Position numbers and translations under genes: made by a program. DNA of 64,000 nt from assembly GCA_965248195.1 (NCBI GenBank), contig CBDFIQ010000001.1:1376001-1440000 (forward strand). Reading direction: 5' to 3'. This document shows positions 59,064 through 64,000 of this stretch, piece after piece. The notes below the pieces were generated by a model. The model was not told the DNA's origin, ran no database searches, and saw only the letters and a list, made by a program, of their open reading frames with translations. The stretch comes from Longimicrobiales bacterium (GTDB lineage Bacteria; Gemmatimonadota; Gemmatimonadetes; Longimicrobiales; Gaopeijiaceae). Each line of letters starts with the position of its first letter. Within the stretch, counting starts at the first letter, position 1.

Positions 59064-59879
59064 ATGAAGCTGCTACTGACCGCCGTTGCGATACTGTCGC
59101 TCGTCTCGCCAGCGTACGCCCAGCTCGCGCCCGTAAACGACATGGGGGTGACGTATGGTCATGTCCATCTGAACGTCGCAGACATCGATGCGAGCATGCT
59201 GCTATTCGCGGAGCATTTTGGTGGGGAGATCGTCGTCAAGGGTTCACTCCATACTGTGAAATTCCCCAATTTCCTACTGGCTTTCTCAGGGAATGAGCCC
59301 ACTAGTGGGTCCGGCGGCACGGTGATGGACCACTTTGGCTTTAAGGTCCGTGACATCGAGCCTGTCCTGGCGGGTTGGCAGGCGGCTGGTTTGGAGACGC
59401 AGGAGCCGTTTGTCGGAGCCGAGGGGTACCAGAATGCTTTTGTGATTACCCCGGAGGGGCTACGGGTGGAGCTACAGGAAGATCCCCAGCTGCCAATGAA
59501 GGCAATTGGGTATCACATCCACTTTTGGACTGACCAGTCCGAGACTACATCCGAGAGCTTAATGAACTGGTACGCCGATCACTTCGGTGCCGAGATCCAC
59601 CCTAGGGGCCGGATCCAGACTAGTGCGAACGTACCTGGCATGAACCTTAGCTTCGGCAATTGCAGTGGGGGGGGTTGTACGCCCACTCAGGGTACCGCGA
59701 TCGATCACGTCGGCTTTGAGGTCGACAATCTCGAAGAGTTCGTCGCACAGCTGCAGGCGCGGGGTGTCGAGTTCACGACCCCGTATCGCTACATCGAAAG
59801 CCTTGAGCTGGGCATCGCGTACTTTGTGGATCCTGCAGGCGTCCGCGTCGAGCTGACGGAGGGCTACGACGCGTACTGA
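59064..59879 (+). CDS. Secreted two-domain VOC/glyoxalase family protein
   Basis: GGAGG RBS; signal peptide; GHVHL, DHFGF, HIHF, DHVGFEV, DPAGVRVELTEG. Confidence 0.88.
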   Translation: MKLLLTAVAILSLVSPAYAQLAPVNDMGVTYGHVHLNVADIDASMLLFAEHFGGEIVVKGSLHTVKFPNFLLAFSGNEPTSGSGGTVMDHFGFKVRDIEPVLAGWQAAGLETQEPFVGAEGYQNAFVITPEGLRVELQEDPQLPMKAIGYHIHFWTDQSETTSESLMNWYADHFGAEIHPRGRIQTSANVPGMNLSFGNCSGGGCTPTQGTAIDHVGFEVDNLEEFVAQLQARGVEFTTPYRYIESLELGIAYFVDPAGVRVELTEGYDAY

Positions 59880-60026
59880 CGCGAGGGGCGGGCACGGTGG
59901 ACTCGGCTGCGGACCTCACAAGAACTCGGTCCGCGGCCGTTTCCCTCGCCCCACATGGATGTTCCCCTCCTGATCGTCGGAGCACAAAGGCCGCCGGTCG
60001 GGATCGAGACCGCTTCGGAGGATCCG

Positions 60027-61118
60027 GTGCGGAAGCTGACTTGGCTATTCGTCCTCATTCTGATGCTCGGCATGGGTGTGTCGACGCCTGCGGCCCCCCA
60101 AGCCACACCCCCGGGCGTGCTGCGAGCCGACTTCCTCTTCGACAGCGCGCCATTTCCGAGCGTCCACGCCTCGACGATCGTCGAGGCTGGTGAAGGTCTC
60201 GTTGCGGCGTGGTTCGGCGGCACGCGTGAGGGTGCGCAGGACGTGGGCATCTGGATGTCGAGGCAGATGGCTGGCGAGTGGACCGAGCCGTTCGAGGTGG
60301 CCACCGGAGTCCAGCCCGACGCCACTCGCTATCCGTGCTGGAACCCGGTGTTGTTCGCGGCGCCTGATGGCGTAGTGACGTTGTTCTACAAGGTGGGTCC
60401 CAGCCCGAGACGGTGGTGGGGCGTGGCCCGCACTTCTCAGGACGGCGGACGAACCTGGAGCGAGGCGAAGCGGTTGCCCGAGGGCATCCTCGGTCCGATC
60501 AAGAACAAGCCGGTGCGACTCGTCGACGGGTCGATCATCAGCCCGAGCAGCACCGAAACGGATGAGCGTCCGAGCGCCTGGCGCATTCACTTCGAGCGGA
60601 CCATCGACGGGGGCCGGTCATGGAGTGTGGTGCGCCCTCCCGCTGCTTTGGACGGAGCGGAGATCCAGGCGATCCAGCCCAGCATTCTGATCCATCCTGG
60701 GGGCCGGCTGCAGGCTGTGGGCCGTTCGCAACAGGGACGCGTGTTCGAGACCTGGTCAGACGATGATGGACGAAGCTGGAGTCCGGTCACGCTAACGGTG
60801 CTTCCCAACCCGAGCTCGGGGATCGATGCGGTGACACTCAGCAGCGGACGTCACCTGATCGTCTACAACCACACGGCCCGGGGGCGCTCGCCGTTGAACG
60901 TCGCGGTCTCGCAGGACGGCCTGACCTGGGAGGCGGCGCTCGTGCTGGAGCGTGAGGTAGGCGAGTACTCGTACCCGGCCGTGATCCAGACTTCGGACGG
61001 CCTCGTGCACATCAGCTACACCTGGCGGCGCGAACGCATCAAGCACGTGGTTATCGATCCGACTGAGCTCGTGTCGGTCCCGATGGCCGAAGGGGAGTGG
61101 CCCACGGACGTTCGGTGA
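60027..61118 (+). CDS. BNR/Asp-box sialidase-like protein
   Basis: [51 protein letters not shown]. Confidence 0.9.
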   Translation: MRKLTWLFVLILMLGMGVSTPAAPQATPPGVLRADFLFDSAPFPSVHASTIVEAGEGLVAAWFGGTREGAQDVGIWMSRQMAGEWTEPFEVATGVQPDATRYPCWNPVLFAAPDGVVTLFYKVGPSPRRWWGVARTSQDGGRTWSEAKRLPEGILGPIKNKPVRLVDGSIISPSSTETDERPSAWRIHFERTIDGGRSWSVVRPPAALDGAEIQAIQPSILIHPGGRLQAVGRSQQGRVFETWSDDDGRSWSPVTLTVLPNPSSGIDAVTLSSGRHLIVYNHTARGRSPLNVAVSQDGLTWEAALVLEREVGEYSYPAVIQTSDGLVHISYTWRRERIKHVVIDPTELVSVPMAEGEWPTDVR

Positions 61119-61192
61119 CCGGGGCTGAAAAGCATCCAACTTTCAGATTGTTGCCCACTGAAAGTCGCGCGGGGGAAACAGCGGGGGAAACA

Positions 61193-62164
61193 GTGGAGTC
61201 ACGCACACGAGCAATTTTGTTCTCGGCGTTGATCCTCATCGCCTCGGCATGCGGGCGAGCGGATCGCGACGTGGCCGTCGAGCGGGACGTCCGCATCGTC
61301 GTCGTGACCCACGGCCAATCGTCCGATCCGTTTTGGTCGGTCGTCGCCAACGGCGTCCGCGATGCGGCCTTGGACCTGGGCGTCCGAGTCGAGTATCAGG
61401 CGCCGGGCAGCTTCGACATGGTCGAGATGAACGACCTCATCGACGCGGCCGTGGCGTCGAGGCCGAACGGACTCGTGGTCTCGATCCCGGACCCGGACGC
61501 ACTGTCGTCCGCGATCCGTGCCGCCCTGGATGCGGGCCTCCCAGTCATCTCCATCAACTCGGGGGCCGACGTGTATCGAGAGCTCGGTGTCCTGGCGCAC
61601 CTCGGCCAGCCCGAGTACGACGCGGGCTTCGCGGGCGGCGCTCGCATGGCGGCGGCGGGCGTCTCCAAGGCGTTATGCGTGAACCACGAGGTTGGCAACG
61701 CCGCTTTGGATGTTCGCTGCCAGGGGTTTGCGGACGCGCTCGGAGACGCCGGGGGATCAGTCGACGTGCTGGCGGTCGATCTGGCCGACCCGGACGACAC
61801 ACAGCAGCGAGTCGCCGGCGCTCTCTCCGCGGATCGCGGAATCGACGGGATCCTCACTCTCGGCCCCGCCGGCGCCGCGCCGACCCTTGCGGCGCTGAGG
61901 GAGACCGCCGGGGCGGGTGAAGTCGTTTTCGCCACGTTCGATCTGTCACCCAGCGTGCTCGAAGCCGTGCGGGACGGCGAGATGCTATTCGCGATCGACC
62001 AACAGCAATATCTGCAGGGGTACCTCGCGATCGTGCTCATGACGAACTTCATAGAGATCGGTGGAGTTCCCGGGGGCGGCAGCGCGATCGCCACCGGCCC
62101 CGGTTTCGTTACCGCGGAGACGGCCGCGGATGTAATCGCTCTTTCAGAGAGCGGCGTGCGGTGA
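61193..62164 (+). CDS. Sugar (inositol-like) ABC transporter substrate-binding lipoprotein
   Basis: [26 protein letters not shown]; lipobox ASAC; start uncertain. Confidence 0.9.
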   Translation: MESRTRAILFSALILIASACGRADRDVAVERDVRIVVVTHGQSSDPFWSVVANGVRDAALDLGVRVEYQAPGSFDMVEMNDLIDAAVASRPNGLVVSIPDPDALSSAIRAALDAGLPVISINSGADVYRELGVLAHLGQPEYDAGFAGGARMAAAGVSKALCVNHEVGNAALDVRCQGFADALGDAGGSVDVLAVDLADPDDTQQRVAGALSADRGIDGILTLGPAGAAPTLAALRETAGAGEVVFATFDLSPSVLEAVRDGEMLFAIDQQQYLQGYLAIVLMTNFIEIGGVPGGGSAIATGPGFVTAETAADVIALSESGVR

Positions 62165-63162
62165 CTCCAGAGATCAGCGTCGTCAGACGCTTGCTCATCC
62201 GGCCGGAGCTCGGCGCGGTGGCCGGCGCCGTGTTGATCTGGGTCTTCTTCGCCACGGTCGCCGGCGAGCCCTTCCGCAGCGTCGCGGGGACCGCCTCCTA
62301 CCTCAACGCCGCGGCTCCCCTCGGGATTCTCGCGGTGGCCGTCTCCCTGCTCATGATCGGGGGGGAGTTCGATCTCTCGGTGGGCTCGATCATCGGGGCC
62401 GCTGGCATGTCGCTCATGTTGCTGACGAACCACTTCGGCTGGCCGTTCTGGGCGGCCGCCAGTGTCACCGCCGCTTTGAGCCTGGCAATCGGTTTCGGCA
62501 ACGGCTACCTGGTCGTCCGCACGGGCTTGCCTTCCTTCATCGTGACGCTGGGCACCCTCTTCATCGTCCGAGGCCTGACCATCGGCATCACCAGACAACT
62601 CAGCGGGCGGACGCAACTCGGGGGCCTGGACGAGGCGGGTGGATTCGAGTCGGCCTCGGTCTTCTTCGGGAGCGACCTCATCGGGCCCTTCCGTGTCTCG
62701 ATCTTATGGTGGATCGGGCTCGCCGCCGTGGCAACCTGGGTGCTACTGCGCACGCCCTACGGCAACTGGATTCTAGGGGCGGGCGGTGCCCCAGACGCGG
62801 CTCGGAACATGGGTGTGCCCGTCGAGCGCGTGAAGATCAGCCTGTTCATGACGACGGCCGGGGCCGCATGTCTCGTCGCGATCGTACAGGCCGTGCGCTT
62901 TACGGGCGCGGATGTGCTGCGCGGGGAGCTTCAGGAATTCCGCGCCATCATCGCCGTGGTCATCGGCGGCACTCTACTCACGGGCGGCTACGGCTCGGCT
63001 GTCGGGGCGGTGTTCGGTGCTCTCATCTTCGGGATGGTGCGGCAGGGGATCGTGATGACCGGTGTCGACGCCGACTGGTTCCAGGTTTTTCTTGGAGCGA
63101 CACTCGTGGTCGCCGTGATCTTCAACGATTTCGTTCGGAAGAAGGCGACCGAGACACCATGA
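62161..63162 (+). CDS. Sugar ABC transporter permease
   Basis: [34 protein letters not shown]. Confidence 0.93.
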   Translation: MTPEISVVRRLLIRPELGAVAGAVLIWVFFATVAGEPFRSVAGTASYLNAAAPLGILAVAVSLLMIGGEFDLSVGSIIGAAGMSLMLLTNHFGWPFWAAASVTAALSLAIGFGNGYLVVRTGLPSFIVTLGTLFIVRGLTIGITRQLSGRTQLGGLDEAGGFESASVFFGSDLIGPFRVSILWWIGLAAVATWVLLRTPYGNWILGAGGAPDAARNMGVPVERVKISLFMTTAGAACLVAIVQAVRFTGADVLRGELQEFRAIIAVVIGGTLLTGGYGSAVGAVFGALIFGMVRQGIVMTGVDADWFQVFLGATLVVAVIFNDFVRKKATETP

Positions 63163-63809
63163 GCCACCTCGCCCCTCGCCTGCTCGAGGTCCGGAACGTG
63201 TCGAAGTATTTCGGCAACCTGACGGCATTGGACGATGCGTCGATGTCGGTGCGGGCCGGTCAGGTGACCTGTCTTCTCGGCGACAACGGGGCCGGAAAGT
63301 CCACCTTGGTCAAGATCCTTTCCGGGGCACTCAGGCCTTCGGCCGGCCGGTACGAAGTAGGAGGTGAATCGGTCCACTTCGCCTCGCCTCTCGACGCCCG
63401 CGAGCGGGGAATCGCCACGGTGTACCAGGATCTGGCGATGATCCCGCTCCTGAGCGTGTGGCGCAACTTCTTCCTCGGCTCGGAGCCCACTAGAGGATGG
63501 GGACCGTTCAAGCGCATCGACGTGAAGCGGTGCGACCGGATTGCACGCGAGGCACTCGAAGACATGGGGATCGAAGTCCACGATTCCGCGCGCGCCGTGG
63601 GGACGCTCTCGGGTGGTGAACGCCAGTCGGTAGCCGTCGCTCGGGCAGTCTATTTCGGCGCCAAGATACTCATCCTCGACGAGCCGACCGCCGCGCTCGG
63701 CGTCAAGCAGGCCGGAATCGTGCTCCGCTACATCACGCAGGCGAAGGAGAGCGGCATCGGCGTCGTCTTCGTGACGCACAACCCCTATCACGCCTATCCC
63801 ATCGGCGAC
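63159..63809 (+). pseudogene. Sugar ABC ATP-binding protein interrupted near its 3' end by an IS
   Basis: [24 protein letters not shown]; similarity stops abruptly after HAYPIGD. Confidence 0.8.
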
Positions 63810-64000
63810 GGTAGTGTCCCTAGATTTGTGTAAAAGCGGATAAGCTGGACAGGAGGGAAAGAAAAACGGAAGCTCCTCTGTTGTTGTTCACTGTCACATG
63901 AACCCGGGAGTCCGGGTCTGCAGAGCAGGCTCGGAACCGGAGAGGAGCTTCCGATGCAAGAGATTGTGGAGATCGGTCGGGCCACGCAAGACGAGCTACG
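63810..64000 (+). mobile_element. Left end of a probable IS256-family insertion sequence; putative transposase starts at 63954 and runs off the window
   Basis: GGTAGTGTCCCTAGATTTGTGTAAA resembles IS256-family terminal repeats; abrupt gene truncation and GC drop; RBS GAGGAG plus ATG. Confidence 0.6.

Overview
GC-rich bacterial window. The gene families suggest Gemmatimonadota (Longimicrobiales-like), which is an inference. It is an accessory, rearranged region rich in secreted and periplasmic proteins: SusC/SusD pairs, TctABC, ABC transporters, a PQQ dehydrogenase, c-type cytochromes, beta-propellers, an ECF sigma/anti-sigma operon and a MazEF-like TA pair. It also holds many gene fragments and ends in an IS256-like insertion. 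The standout is a minimal type I-C CRISPR locus (10116-13734, minus strand). It has intact cas5c-cas8c-cas7c but no cas3, cas4, cas1 or cas2 and no leader. A repeat-spacer-repeat mini-array starts 14 bp after the cas7 stop. Its single 33-nt spacer matches 25/33 nt (20 of the last 22) of the signal-peptide-coding region of the SusC-like gene at 46885-46917, in codon register. The operon is preceded by the same TGCAAC-N17-CGTC ECF-type promoter motif found upstream of the ECF sigma gene at 4044. Hypothesis, not established: a nuclease-free Cascade repurposed as an RNA-guided regulator of host TonB-dependent receptor genes.
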